Position numbers and translations under genes: made by a program | Origin: Bacillota bacterium | Lineage (GTDB): Bacteria > Bacillota > Clostridia > Oscillospirales > Acutalibacteraceae | Direction: 5' to 3' | Length of the DNA: 48,686 nt | Assembly (NCBI GenBank): GCA_029005175.1 | Contig: JAQXFQ010000030.1 | Span: 1-48,686, forward strand | Part shown: one piece after another, positions 26,078 to 36,042 of the stretch | Numbering within the stretch: position 1 is the stretch's first letter | How the letters are laid out: each line of letters starts with the position of its first letter | Notes under the pieces: generated by a model | The model's input: the letters and a program-made list of their open reading frames with translations, nothing else | What the model was told of the DNA's origin: nothing | Databases searched by the model: none

Positions 26078-27862
26078 TTAGTCAGCAAGCTTTGCTTCGA
26101 GAGTGTCAAGCTCTGCCTTAATCTTTTCGGGGAGCTTGTCTCCGAACTTAGCATAGAATTCCTTGATACCGGGAACTTCTGCTTTCCAGAGTTCCTTATC
26201 AACATCGAGTATACCTGCGAGTGTCTCCTTAGAGAAATCAAGACCGTCAAGATTGATGTCATCAACCTCAGGAACGAAGCCGATAGGTGTAACTTTAGCG
26301 CCAACCTTGCCATCGCATCTCTTGAGAATCCAGTCGAGCACGCGGAGGTTATCGCCGAAGCCCGGCCAAATGAGGTGACCTTCGTCATCGGTGCGGAACC
26401 AGTTTACATTGAAGATCTTGGGAGCCTTGTCGCCGAGCTTTTCGCCCATGTCAAACCAATGCTGCCAGTAATCAGCCATGTTGTAGCCGCAGAAAGGAAG
26501 CATAGCCATAGGATCGCGGCGAACAACGCCAACTGCACCTGTAGCTGCAGCAGTTGTCTCAGAAGCCATGATAGAGCCAACGAATACACCGTGATTCCAG
26601 CTGCGTGACTGGTAAACCAGGGGAGCAGTCTTTGCACGACGACCGCCGAAAATGATAGCACTGATCGGCACGCCTGTGGTGGAGTCGAACTCAGAAGAAA
26701 CGCAGGGGCAGTTCTTTGCCGGAGCGGTGAAACGAGAGTTTGGATGAGCAAGCTTGTTGCCTGCTGCGGTGTACTCTACGCCGTCAACATGAGCGCCCTT
26801 CCACTCAACAGCGTTCTTAGGCGGATTCTTGTCCAGACCTTCCCACCAAACTGTGTTGTCGTCGAGGTTCTGAGCGACGTTTGTGAAGATGGTGCCCTTC
26901 TTTGTAGAAGCGAGTGCGTTGGGGTTGGACTTTTCGTTTGTACCGGGAGCAACACCGAAGAAGCCGTTCTCGGGGTTGACAGCCCAAAGTCTGCCGTCCG
27001 GACCAATGCGGAGCCAGCTGATGTCGTCACCGACGCACCATACCTTATAGCCCTTCTTCTTGTATGTCTCCGGAGGAATGAGCATGGCGAGGTTAGTCTT
27101 ACCGCAAGCAGACGGGAATGCAGCACAGACATATTTGATCTCACCGTCGGGATTCTCGATGCCGAGAATGAGCATATGCTCAGCCATCCAGCCTTCCTTC
27201 CAGCCCTGGTAGGAAGCAATACGGAGAGCAAAGCACTTCTTGCCGAGCAGAACATTTCCGCCGTAACCGGAGTTGACGGAGATGATTGTGTTGTCCTGCG
27301 GGAACTGGCAGATGTATCTCTTTTCCTCGTCGATGTCGCACTTTGCGTGCAGACCGCGAACCCAGTCATTGCTCTCGTTGCCGAATGCGTCGAGAACTTC
27401 TTTGCCCATTCTTGTCATGATAGCCATGTTGAGAACAACATAGATAGAGTCAGTCAATTCGATACCGACCTTAGAGAAGGGAGAGCCTACAGGACCCATT
27501 GAGTAGGGGATAACATACATTGTTCTGCCTGCATAGCGACCTCTTGCAATATCATAAAGCATCTTGTATGCTTCGGAGGGTTCCATCCAGTTGTTTGTAG
27601 GACCTGCTTCTTCCTTTGTGGGAGCACAGATAAATGTGCGAGCTTCTACACGGGCAACGTCATTTACTGCTGTGCGGTGGAGGTAGCAGCCGGGGAGCTT
27701 TTCCTCGTTGAGCTTAATCAGCTCGCCGGATTCGCAAGCCTGCTTACGGAAAGATTCAAGCTGTTCTTCTGAACCGTCGCACCAAACGATAGCGTCGGGC
27801 TTCATGAGTTCAGTCATTTCGTCAATCCATGCAAGGATTGACTTGTTTTCTGTCAAAGCCAT
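26078..27862 (-). CDS. pck: Phosphoenolpyruvate carboxykinase (GTP)
   Basis: FPSACGKTN kinase-1a motif; size 594 aa; overall GTP-PEPCK-like sequence. RBS AAAGGAGAA. Confidence 0.93.
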   Translation of the reverse strand: MALTENKSILAWIDEMTELMKPDAIVWCDGSEEQLESFRKQACESGELIKLNEEKLPGCYLHRTAVNDVARVEARTFICAPTKEEAGPTNNWMEPSEAYKMLYDIARGRYAGRTMYVIPYSMGPVGSPFSKVGIELTDSIYVVLNMAIMTRMGKEVLDAFGNESNDWVRGLHAKCDIDEEKRYICQFPQDNTIISVNSGYGGNVLLGKKCFALRIASYQGWKEGWMAEHMLILGIENPDGEIKYVCAAFPSACGKTNLAMLIPPETYKKKGYKVWCVGDDISWLRIGPDGRLWAVNPENGFFGVAPGTNEKSNPNALASTKKGTIFTNVAQNLDDNTVWWEGLDKNPPKNAVEWKGAHVDGVEYTAAGNKLAHPNSRFTAPAKNCPCVSSEFDSTTGVPISAIIFGGRRAKTAPLVYQSRSWNHGVFVGSIMASETTAAATGAVGVVRRDPMAMLPFCGYNMADYWQHWFDMGEKLGDKAPKIFNVNWFRTDDEGHLIWPGFGDNLRVLDWILKRCDGKVGAKVTPIGFVPEVDDINLDGLDFSKETLAGILDVDKELWKAEVPGIKEFYAKFGDKLPEKIKAELDTLEAKLAD

Positions 27863-27941
27863 TGTAAATTTTCTCCTTTCGAGGTTGGCAAAGCATTAAC
27901 TTTACCAATTGCGAGCACAAATTATTTTTGTACTTATTGAT

Positions 27942-27971
27942 ATTATACTATATCACATATGCATTTTTCAA
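27942..27971 (-). promoter_or_regulatory. Putative pck promoter (TTGAAA-18 nt-TATAAT)
   Basis: Hexamers read directly from the minus strand, about 80 nt upstream of the start codon. Confidence 0.4.
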
Positions 27972-28258
27972 TTGCTAAAGTGTTAATTATTTGTCAAGAT
28001 ACAGCGAAAATTTGTTATTTTTTGCATAATTAAAGGAAACGACTGTCAAAATTAATATTATTGATATTGATAAGTGCTTTTTGAATTAACAATATTTAAT
28101 TATTTGCGCTAAATCGGGAATTATTCCGTGATTATTGAAAAACACAGAAATTCAATTTTTACGACTTGTTAATAAACATATAGTTAAAATATAGTATAAT
28201 AACATCAAAATAAATATCCGTCGATTTAACGGATATGCTATGGAGGATAGTTTTCACT

Positions 28259-29227
28259 ATGGATGAGAACAGCTATAACGCTATAAACGATGAAATTGAT
28301 CAAATAGCAAAGGAATGCAAAGAAAATCTCAAACAGAAAATGACTAAAATCGTATGTGATGAGAATATGACCTCTGAAGAGAGAGAAAGCTTATGCGCGG
28401 AAGTTCATGAAGAACTCAGTTTACTCAAAAAGCTGCGTGAAAAACTTATGCGGCTTTTACTCTCCATGAATGCGTTGATTGATGAATTTGAAACTTCACT
28501 CAACGAAACACAGAATGCAAACCGCAAAAAGAAAAAAATCATTCCAACCAACGCGCAGATTGACCTTAGCGAGAAAAAAAACAATCACTTCGCGCAAGGC
28601 ATTACGTTTTATAAGCTCTTTTGGGTGTTCTTTATAGGCTGCTTTGCCGGCGTTGTCATCGAGGTGCTGTGGTGTATCATCAAAAACGGGCATTATGAGA
28701 GCCGCGTAGGCTTGATTTACGGACCGTTTAATCTTGTGTACGGACTGGGCGCGCTCGCACTGACAGCCTGCCTTTACAATTACCGAAATCGCAATAAAAT
28801 CAATGCATTTATAGGCGGATTTGTTGTGGGCAGCGTTATTGAATATTTCTGCTCATGGTTTCAGGAGTTAGTATTTGGTTCTACATCGTGGGATTACAGC
28901 GATTTTCCTTTCAACATTAACGGTAGAATATGTCTGCTCTACTCAATATTCTGGGGATTCCTGGGGATAGCATGGATAAAGCATATTTATCCGCTTATGG
29001 CTAAGTGGATTCTCAAAATTCCAAACAAGGTAGGCAAGCCTCTAACATGGGTGCTGGCGGTATTTATGGTGTTCAATACAATTGCCACGGGATTGACTGT
29101 GTTGAGATGGTCTGAGCGCATAGATAATAAACCTGCATCCAATATAATAGAAGAATACATAGATGAGCATTATCCTAATGAGAGAATGGAAAAAATATTT
29201 GCAAATCTGGAGTTTGTAAACGAATAA
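28259..29227 (+). CDS. Polytopic membrane protein with N-terminal coiled-coil region (resembles the 'putative ABC-transporter type IV'/DUF1113 family)
   Basis: About 110 aa of charged helical N-terminus, then TM segments with YGPFNLVYGLGA. Start at MDENSY lies 9 nt after GGAGGA. Confidence 0.6.
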   Translation: MDENSYNAINDEIDQIAKECKENLKQKMTKIVCDENMTSEERESLCAEVHEELSLLKKLREKLMRLLLSMNALIDEFETSLNETQNANRKKKKIIPTNAQIDLSEKKNNHFAQGITFYKLFWVFFIGCFAGVVIEVLWCIIKNGHYESRVGLIYGPFNLVYGLGALALTACLYNYRNRNKINAFIGGFVVGSVIEYFCSWFQELVFGSTSWDYSDFPFNINGRICLLYSIFWGFLGIAWIKHIYPLMAKWILKIPNKVGKPLTWVLAVFMVFNTIATGLTVLRWSERIDNKPASNIIEEYIDEHYPNERMEKIFANLEFVNE

Positions 29228-29248
29228 CATATTTTTTTAAGGTTTTTA

Positions 29249-29278
29249 TTGACATTGTTTGGCTGAATGGTGTACAAT
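29249..29278 (+). promoter_or_regulatory. Putative coaX promoter (TTGACA-18 nt-TACAAT)
   Basis: Hexamers read directly from the sequence. Confidence 0.5.
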
Positions 29279-29314
29279 ATCTTTGCTGTCAATATTATTT
29301 CGGGAGGGCATACA

Positions 29315-30085
29315 ATGCTGCTGGCTTTGGACATTGGAAATACTAATATTACTATAGGTGTATATAAAAAAGACGAATTATTATTCACCTCACGCGTAGC
29401 TACAGATTCTAAGCGAATGGCAGACCAGTATGCTGTGGAGCTTATGGGAATTTTTTCTCTCCGAAAATTCAGCACTGAAGATATTGACGGAGCAATAATT
29501 TCATCTGTAGTGCCGTCTGTAACCAATGCAATAGTTGAGGCAGTTAAAACGACGGTTGGCGTCAATCCGCTTATAGTAGGTTCAGGCATTAAAACAGGCT
29601 TGAATATTGCGATTAATGATCCCGGCACATTGGGAGCCGACCTCTTGGCGGTTTCCGTTGCGGCGCTTAATAAATATCCGCTGCCTAATGTTGTATGTGA
29701 TTTGGGCACAGCCAGTACAATTTCCGTGCTTGACAGCGAGGGTAAAATGATCGGCGGTATAATTTACCCCGGAGTCCGCACATCACTGATGGCTTTGGTC
29801 AACAATACGGCGCAGCTTCCTGAAATCAGTTTTAATACACCGAAGCGCGTTGTCGGTCGCAATACTATCGAATGTATGCAGTCGGGTCTGATTTTCGGTG
29901 CGGCTTCATTGCTTGATGGAATGCTTGATAGGGTAGAAGAGGAACTGGGTTCTCCTGTGACGGCAATTGCAACGGGAGGATTCTCTGCTGAAATCGTGCG
30001 CAACTGCAAGCGAAAGTTTATTTTTGATGAAAACCTCGTGCTTGAGGGACTGAAAATTCTATATGAAAAAAACAGAAAAAATTAA
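29315..30085 (+). CDS. coaX: Type III pantothenate kinase
   Basis: MLLALDIGNTNITIGVY..., DLGTAST, ATGG. ATG lies 7 nt after GGGAGGG. Confidence 0.9.
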   Translation: MLLALDIGNTNITIGVYKKDELLFTSRVATDSKRMADQYAVELMGIFSLRKFSTEDIDGAIISSVVPSVTNAIVEAVKTTVGVNPLIVGSGIKTGLNIAINDPGTLGADLLAVSVAALNKYPLPNVVCDLGTASTISVLDSEGKMIGGIIYPGVRTSLMALVNNTAQLPEISFNTPKRVVGRNTIECMQSGLIFGAASLLDGMLDRVEEELGSPVTAIATGGFSAEIVRNCKRKFIFDENLVLEGLKILYEKNRKN

Positions 30086-30230
30086 TTAAATAAAAAGCTC
30101 TGGATTTTCTGTAATTAATTTTCGATATTCAAAGCCGCAGTTCGATTTTGAATTGAGACTTTGCAATATAAATAATTTGCGCTGTATCCCAATAAAATAT
30201 GTGGGAACGGCAGCAGGAGGTAATTTTTTT

Positions 30231-30815
30231 ATGAAAAAAACAGATACCAAGAAATTGGTCGGAGTCGCACTGTTCACGGCAATAGTCGTCGTGCTTCAGT
30301 TGGTCGGAAGCTTTATTAAGCTCGGAACCTTCTCCATCTCACTCGTTTTAGTTCCGATAGTTATCGGTGCGGCACTGTATGGCGTTGGCGCAGGTACATG
30401 GCTTGGATTCATATTCGGCTTTACTGTACTCGTATCAGGCGATGCTGCAGCATTTTTAGCGATTAATCCGGTTGGTGCTGTGATAGTTTGCATTGCCAAA
30501 GGCATGCTGGCTGGACTTTGCGCAGGATTGGTCTACAAAGCTATCGAAAATAAAAACTCTACGGTTGCTGTGGCGGCTTCAGCTATTGTTTGCCCTGTAG
30601 TCAATACAGGTGTGTTTCTTATTGGATGCGCATTGTTCTTCATGGAAACCATAAGAGGTTGGGCTGAAGCATTTGGATTTGGTTCAAATGTAGCCGCTTA
30701 TATGATTATCGGTTTGGTTGGTGTTAACTTCCTTCTGGAGATGTTGGTTAACGTAGTTCTCAGTCCCGTAATCGTTCGTTTGATACACATTGGGAAAAAA
30801 TCCAAGATAAACTAA
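30231..30815 (+). CDS. ECF-transporter substrate-specific (S) component; pantothenate specificity is guessed only from adjacency to coaX
   Basis: About 194 aa with six hydrophobic segments and an MKKTDTKKLVGVALFTAIVVVL start typical of S components. RBS AGGAGG. Confidence 0.6.
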   Translation: MKKTDTKKLVGVALFTAIVVVLQLVGSFIKLGTFSISLVLVPIVIGAALYGVGAGTWLGFIFGFTVLVSGDAAAFLAINPVGAVIVCIAKGMLAGLCAGLVYKAIENKNSTVAVAASAIVCPVVNTGVFLIGCALFFMETIRGWAEAFGFGSNVAAYMIIGLVGVNFLLEMLVNVVLSPVIVRLIHIGKKSKIN

Positions 30816-30841
30816 GATTTACTAAAATTAAAAACATTAAT

Positions 30842-30885
30842 AAATGCGTGCAGATAATTAAATTTTATTTGCACGCATTTTTGTT
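30842..30885 (+). terminator. Rho-independent terminator
   Basis: AAATGCGTGC (30842..30851) pairs with GCACGCATTT (30871..30880), followed by TTGTTG. Confidence 0.7.
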
Positions 30886-30948
30886 GTAATAAAAATATCA
30901 CATCACGGACAAAATATATGCAAATAATTTTATTTTTGGTGATGCAAA

Positions 30949-32169
30949 ATGTCTGAAATTATAAAAAATTCATTCAGAAATCTTACGCGTAAAAAAGCGC
31001 GAACGCTGCTTTCTATAATTGCGATTGCCGTGGGTGTAACATCTGTAATTGTTATATGGGGTATAAGCAACGCCGGTACAGAGATGATATGCGATGAGTT
31101 TAAAAGCCTTGGACTGGATGGAATAAGTGTAGGAAAAAGTGTGAATAATATCAGTTCGGCAATAGGGGAGAGCGAATTTGAAGTAATTGCCGCCAATGCA
31201 AATGTAGAAAAAGCCACGCCTGTTATTTATTCATATTCGGCAATATCCAAAGTCGGAGATACAAACAATCCTACAAATTGTGTAATGTGGGGAGTCCCGG
31301 AAGATGCAGGCGATGCGGTGTCGCTTGAAATAGTCCACGGCAGAATGATAAATTCGGAAGATATGAAGGATAAATCTAATGTTTGTCTTATAGATGAAGC
31401 TACATCCAGCAATATTTTTGGCAAAGAAAATTCTGTGGGCGAAAATATTCAGATAATGTCCAACGGTAAACCTGTAGAATGTAAGATAATCGGAATAGTG
31501 AGAACCGGCAGCGGAATTTTGCAAAATATGCTTGGAAATTTCATTCCGACGTTTGTGTATACGCCATTGACCTTTGCCGAAAAAATTGAAAAACGCAGCG
31601 ATTACGACAGAATCACTGTGAAATTAAAGGATTCCGACACACAGGAGCTTGAGGCAATATGCTCAGATATAAATGATCAGCTTATCGGAGCGTTGGACGA
31701 AAACAGCAAGAGCAAAACATCTTACAGTGTAACAAATCTGGCTCATCACCGTGACTCGCTGATGAGCATTATGAATATTATAACTTTGGTACTCACGGCA
31801 ATCGGTGGAATTTCTCTTATGGTGGCCGGAATGGGAATTATGACCATAATGACAGTATCAGTTAATGAACGCACACACGAAATAGGAATACGCAAAGCAA
31901 TCGGCGCATCACGACTAAGAATTATGCTTGATTTCATAGTTGAGGCGATAATGCTTACAATGATTGGCTGCGTTGCAGGAATTGCGGCGAGCTGTGTAAT
32001 TGGTTGGATAAGCGAATTAGCTTTTGGCTTTAAAATGGCTATCAATCTAAATTCGATTTTTTTAATCTCGGTGTTTTCGATTTTTGTAGGAATACTCTTC
32101 GGGGCTTATCCGGCGTTTAAAGCGTCATGTATGAAACCGGTTGATGCACTGAGGGAAGGCGGAAATTAG
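30949..32169 (+). CDS. ABC transporter permease, MacB/FtsX family (single module, 406 aa), with no adjacent ATPase gene
   Basis: N-terminal TM (LLSIIAIAVGVTSVIVIW), a ~230-aa extracytoplasmic domain, then an FtsX bundle with ERTHEIGIRKAIGA. Confidence 0.85.
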   Translation: MSEIIKNSFRNLTRKKARTLLSIIAIAVGVTSVIVIWGISNAGTEMICDEFKSLGLDGISVGKSVNNISSAIGESEFEVIAANANVEKATPVIYSYSAISKVGDTNNPTNCVMWGVPEDAGDAVSLEIVHGRMINSEDMKDKSNVCLIDEATSSNIFGKENSVGENIQIMSNGKPVECKIIGIVRTGSGILQNMLGNFIPTFVYTPLTFAEKIEKRSDYDRITVKLKDSDTQELEAICSDINDQLIGALDENSKSKTSYSVTNLAHHRDSLMSIMNIITLVLTAIGGISLMVAGMGIMTIMTVSVNERTHEIGIRKAIGASRLRIMLDFIVEAIMLTMIGCVAGIAASCVIGWISELAFGFKMAINLNSIFLISVFSIFVGILFGAYPAFKASCMKPVDALREGGN

Positions 32170-32184
32170 AGAAAAAAATAAGAC

Positions 32185-32213
32185 TTGACATTCGATAATG
32201 CGCGATATATAAT
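32185..32213 (+). promoter_or_regulatory. Consensus sigma-A promoter (TTGACA-17 nt-TATAAT) upstream of the recombinase gene
   Basis: Exact consensus hexamers at 32185..32190 and 32208..32213. Confidence 0.65.
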
Positions 32214-32240
32214 TATACTAAATGAATATTTAGTATAATT
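32211..32240. repeat. Perfect 13-4-13 inverted repeat overlapping the -10 and +1 region
   Basis: AATTATACTAAAT gaat ATTTAGTATAATT. It can also be read as 11-8-11. Confidence 0.8.
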
Positions 32241-32262
32241 TAGGGGAGGATGAAATTCCTGT

Positions 32263-33237
32263 ATGCGCATTGATTACATGAATGAATCACCGATGATATT
32301 CCGTGAATACTTCGGTTACATGGAAACTATTAAAGGCAAATCAGCGAAAACTGTTGAAGGTTATTTTTTTGATTTGCGTTCATTTTTTCGCTATATAAAG
32401 CTTTCCCGCGGTTTGGTGGACTCAGATTCTAAATTTGAAGAGATTTCAATTCTCGATGTTGACTTAAATTTGATTGAATCAGTTCATCTGACGGATGTTT
32501 TTGAATTTTTGAATTATGCCGCGTCAGTCCGCAGCAACAACAATAATACACGTTCACGAAAATGCTCGTCATTGAGGTCGTTTTATCATTATTTGTATTC
32601 TACCACAGGTCAGATTAAACACAATCCCGTTCAGGAACTCAGCAATCCTAAAATCCCAAAAAAACTTCCAAAGTATCTGGACTTAGAGCAAAGCATTGAA
32701 TTGCTTCATGCAGTTGACGGCAAATTTAAAGAACGCGATTATTGTATTCTAACGCTGTTTCTCAACTGCGGAATGCGGCTTTCTGAGCTGGTTGGAATAA
32801 ATCTAAGCGACATTCGGGCGGATAATTCTCTGCGGATTACAGGTAAAGGCAACAAGCAGCGCATTGTTTATCTTAATGAAGCATGTATAAATGCCATCAA
32901 CGCCTATAAACGCGTCAGACCGGTTGAAGGTGTAATTGATCGTGACGCACTTTTTATCAGTCAGCAGCTTAAAAGAATAAGTCCTAAAACAGTGCAATAT
33001 TTAGTTAAAAAATATCTCGGAAAAATCAATTTGAACGATGGTTATTCCACTCACAAGCTGCGTCATACCGCTGCTACATTGATGTATCAGCAAGGCGGCG
33101 TCGATACCCGTGTATTAAAGGATATATTAGGTCATGAAAATATGAACACCACTGAAATTTACACTCATCTGTCAAATGAGCAGATAAAAAAAGCTATAAA
33201 TTCAAACCCGCTTGCTAAGCTCGACATAAAAAAATAA
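32263..33237 (+). CDS. Tyrosine site-specific recombinase, XerC/XerD family
   Basis: N-terminal SAM-like domain (KTVEGYFFDLRSFFRYI). Catalytic residues lie in GMRLSEL, HKLRHTAAT and GHENMNTTEIYTH. Confidence 0.88.
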   Translation: MRIDYMNESPMIFREYFGYMETIKGKSAKTVEGYFFDLRSFFRYIKLSRGLVDSDSKFEEISILDVDLNLIESVHLTDVFEFLNYAASVRSNNNNTRSRKCSSLRSFYHYLYSTTGQIKHNPVQELSNPKIPKKLPKYLDLEQSIELLHAVDGKFKERDYCILTLFLNCGMRLSELVGINLSDIRADNSLRITGKGNKQRIVYLNEACINAINAYKRVRPVEGVIDRDALFISQQLKRISPKTVQYLVKKYLGKINLNDGYSTHKLRHTAATLMYQQGGVDTRVLKDILGHENMNTTEIYTHLSNEQIKKAINSNPLAKLDIKK

Positions 33238-33240
33238 AAA

Positions 33241-33271
33241 AATACAGCTTGACATACAATCAAGCTGTATT
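33241..33271. terminator. Bidirectional terminator
   Basis: AATACAGCTTGA pairs with TCAAGCTGTATT, flanked by an A-run upstream and a T-run downstream. Confidence 0.75.
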
Positions 33272-33308
33272 TTTTTATTTGAAAATTAATTTGTTTATTG
33301 TCAGCTAA

Positions 33309-35363
33309 TTATTCAGCATCTTCTGCAACAGCTTCATCATCAGCAGCCTCTGCGACCTCTGCAGCTTCTGCAGATTCAGCCTGAGCCTTGAGAACTTCCT
33401 TGATTGAAAGGCTTACATGCTTATTCTCAAAGTCAATGTTTGTGATAGCAGCTGTAACAACATCGCCAACCTTAACTACATCTGTCGGCTTCTCAACATG
33501 ATCAAGGCTGAGCTGGCTGATGTGGATAAGACCGTCAAGACCCGGCAGAATATTGACAAATGCGCCAAAGCTGGGTGTACCGACAACCTTAGCCTGAATA
33601 ACTGTTCCAATCGGATAACTATTCTTGAGGATTTCCCAAGGATTATCCTCAGCTTTCTTGTAACCGAGAGAAATTGTCTTCTTATCCTTTTTAACGTCCT
33701 TAACTCTTACTTCAACGACATCGCCGATAGAAAGAACATCCTTAGGATCCTTAATCTTATCCCATGAAAGCTCAGACTTGTGAATCATGCCGTCAACAGG
33801 ACCGAGGTTAACGAATGCGCCGTAGCTTGTAAGAGATTTAACAACGCCTGTGTAGGTCTTGCCGGGCTCGATTTCATCCCAGAATTCTTTCTCAGCAAGC
33901 TTCTTGATAGAGCCGATAGCTCTGCCTCTGCCGCCTGTGATGACTTCGATGATAACGAACTTTACCTTTTTCTTGAGAAGACTCTCGATAGGCTCTTTGG
34001 GTTTAAGCATGCACTGAGAAGCAGGAATAAATACAGAAACGCTGTCGCAAGCAACAAGTACGCCACCCTTGATAACCTGAGTTACAACGCCCTCAAATAC
34101 TACGGGTTCCTTTTCCTCTGTAACAGTTTCTTCTGTTGTCTCAGCGTCTTCATCATCGTCGCGTCTTCTTCTTCTGGTTGTAACCTTAGGAGAAGCAGCA
34201 ACCATCTTATCCCAAGTCTTTCTGGATTCAAGAATCTTCTTGGAGAGATAGATATAGCCGTCCTGGTCATTGACCTTGAGGATCATAAGCTCAAGCTCAT
34301 CGCCGACCTTTACAAGGTCTTCTGTTTTTGCGTTGGGATCGTCTGTGAGTTCTTTGAGTTCAACGATACCGGACTGTTTTCTTCCGACGTCTACGTAAAC
34401 CTCAGTTGGTGTAATGCCAACGACAGTACCTGTAACTACCTTTCCATTTGTATTTGAATTCTTGAAAGACTCCTCAAGCATAGCTTCAAAGCTTTCTGTG
34501 TTCTGAATTTCGCTCATTGTATATAGGACCTCCTTAATTATGTCAGCCGGTGTAGATGCACCAGCCGTAACACCGATGTTATGTGCCGCACGCACATCAT
34601 CAATAGGTAAATCCGCAGCGGTTTGTATTAAGATGCTTTTACACTTACTCTGACATATGTGGAAAAGCTTCGCGGTATTGGAACTGTTTGTCCCGCCTAT
34701 GATGATCATAAGATCGCATTTTGCCGACAGCTCTGCGGCTTCCTGCTGTCGACTTTGTGTCGCATTACATATTGTATCAAATAATGTTGCATTTGTACAG
34801 TCTTTTTTTAGAATTTTCAAACATTTTTTCCATAATTCCGTATTAAAAGTTGTCTGAGCAACAACAGATACAGAATTTTCTTTTAATTTGGGGTGGATTT
34901 TCAGCAAATCAGCCAAATCAGCATCATCTCTGAATGTGTACACCACACCGTTGCAGTGTCCTTTAATGCCGAGCACCTCCGGGTGTTCGGCGTCGCCTGC
35001 AATTAATATTATATCACCTTTTTCTGCCGCTTTGGTTACTATACTATGAATTTTTGCGACAAAAGGGCAGGTTGCATCCTGAATTTTTATGTTTTTTTTG
35101 TTAAGCTCGTTATAAACAGACAGCGGAACGCCATGTGAGCGAATTACCAGCACACTGTCCTGCGGAACTTCGTCCGGGGTTTCGGCAATCACCACTCCCC
35201 TGTCCGCCAGTTGATTAACGACCTGCGCGTTATGAATTATAGGTCCGAGAGTGCAGACCTTTTCCCCACTGTCCACCAAAGAATACACAAGCTCAATTGC
35301 CCTGTTTACTCCGAAGCAAAAGCCGGCCGATTTTGCAAGATAAATATTTTTCAAAATTATCAC
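33309..35363 (-). CDS. ispH: Bifunctional 4-hydroxy-3-methylbut-2-enyl diphosphate reductase (IspH) / ribosomal protein S1-domain protein
   Basis: N-terminal AKSAGFCFGVNRAIE and IspH Cys ligands. C-terminal part has four S1-type OB repeats (e.g. GTVVGITPTEVYVDVG, YTGVVKSLTSYGAFVNLG). Arg/Asp linker and acidic tail. Confidence 0.9.
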   Translation of the reverse strand: MIILKNIYLAKSAGFCFGVNRAIELVYSLVDSGEKVCTLGPIIHNAQVVNQLADRGVVIAETPDEVPQDSVLVIRSHGVPLSVYNELNKKNIKIQDATCPFVAKIHSIVTKAAEKGDIILIAGDAEHPEVLGIKGHCNGVVYTFRDDADLADLLKIHPKLKENSVSVVAQTTFNTELWKKCLKILKKDCTNATLFDTICNATQSRQQEAAELSAKCDLMIIIGGTNSSNTAKLFHICQSKCKSILIQTAADLPIDDVRAAHNIGVTAGASTPADIIKEVLYTMSEIQNTESFEAMLEESFKNSNTNGKVVTGTVVGITPTEVYVDVGRKQSGIVELKELTDDPNAKTEDLVKVGDELELMILKVNDQDGYIYLSKKILESRKTWDKMVAASPKVTTRRRRRDDDEDAETTEETVTEEKEPVVFEGVVTQVIKGGVLVACDSVSVFIPASQCMLKPKEPIESLLKKKVKFVIIEVITGGRGRAIGSIKKLAEKEFWDEIEPGKTYTGVVKSLTSYGAFVNLGPVDGMIHKSELSWDKIKDPKDVLSIGDVVEVRVKDVKKDKKTISLGYKKAEDNPWEILKNSYPIGTVIQAKVVGTPSFGAFVNILPGLDGLIHISQLSLDHVEKPTDVVKVGDVVTAAITNIDFENKHVSLSIKEVLKAQAESAEAAEVAEAADDEAVAEDAE

Positions 35364-35373
35364 ATCCCGCAGA

Positions 35374-36042
35374 TTATTTAGAGATTTTATTTTTTATCGT
35401 ATCCACAACAAGCTGCACCGACTGCTCAAAATCAATTTCTGAGGTGTCCAGCAGGATGGAATCTCTGGCAGGCTTCAGCGGAGAAATCGGTTTGTTTTCA
35501 TCATAATAATCACGCTCTCTGATGTCAGTGAGCACCTCTTCATAGGTAGCGTCCATTCCCTTTTCCAGCATTTCCTTGTGTCTGCGGCGTGCGCGAACCT
35601 CAGGTGATGCTGTAAGAAAAATTTTAACGTCTGCGTTCGGCAGAACTACTGTGCCAATATCCCGCCCGTCCATTATGATGTTATTTTTCTGTGCCATTTC
35701 CTGCTGCATATCGGAAAGACATTGACGAACCTTAGGATTTGCCGAAACTATGGGAGCGCAGCGTGTGACCTCTCTGGTGCGAATAACGCGGGATACGTTT
35801 TCGCCGCAAAGATAAACCTTCTGTTCGCCGTTATCGTTTTTCAATTCAATATCGAGCATAGGAAGAATTCTTCCTATGGCCTCAGCGTCTTCAGGATCGA
35901 TTCGGTGCTGCATTACATAAAGGGCAGCCGCGCGGTACATTGCGCCCGTATCGACATAAATATATCCCAAGCGTCTTGCGGCCTCGCGCGAAATTGAGCT
36001 TTTGCCTGCGCCCGACGGTCCGTCTATTGCAACATTTATCAT
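35374..36042 (-). CDS. cmk: Cytidylate kinase
   Basis: INVAIDGPSGAGKSS...YVDTGAMYRA. Confidence 0.93.
   Translation of the reverse strand: MINVAIDGPSGAGKSSISREAARRLGYIYVDTGAMYRAAALYVMQHRIDPEDAEAIGRILPMLDIELKNDNGEQKVYLCGENVSRVIRTREVTRCAPIVSANPKVRQCLSDMQQEMAQKNNIIMDGRDIGTVVLPNADVKIFLTASPEVRARRRHKEMLEKGMDATYEEVLTDIRERDYYDENKPISPLKPARDSILLDTSEIDFEQSVQLVVDTIKNKISK

Noticed and set aside
26404-27502. Several long ORFs overlapping pck (26744..27502 +, 26776..27369 -, 26404..26751 -).
   Set aside because: These are shadow frames of a strongly supported GTP-PEPCK gene. Their products are low-complexity and rich in Ser, Arg, Thr and Ala, with no motifs or RBS.
24762-32240. A shared TTAGTATAA / TAnTACTAA word between the pcrA-downstream palindrome (24762..24770, 24860..24868), 28190..28199 and the recombinase palindrome (32211..32240). 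This raised the possibility of paired recombination sites.
   Set aside because: The matches are only ~9 nt of AT-rich, -10-box-like sequence, which is compatible with chance. The flanks do not align.
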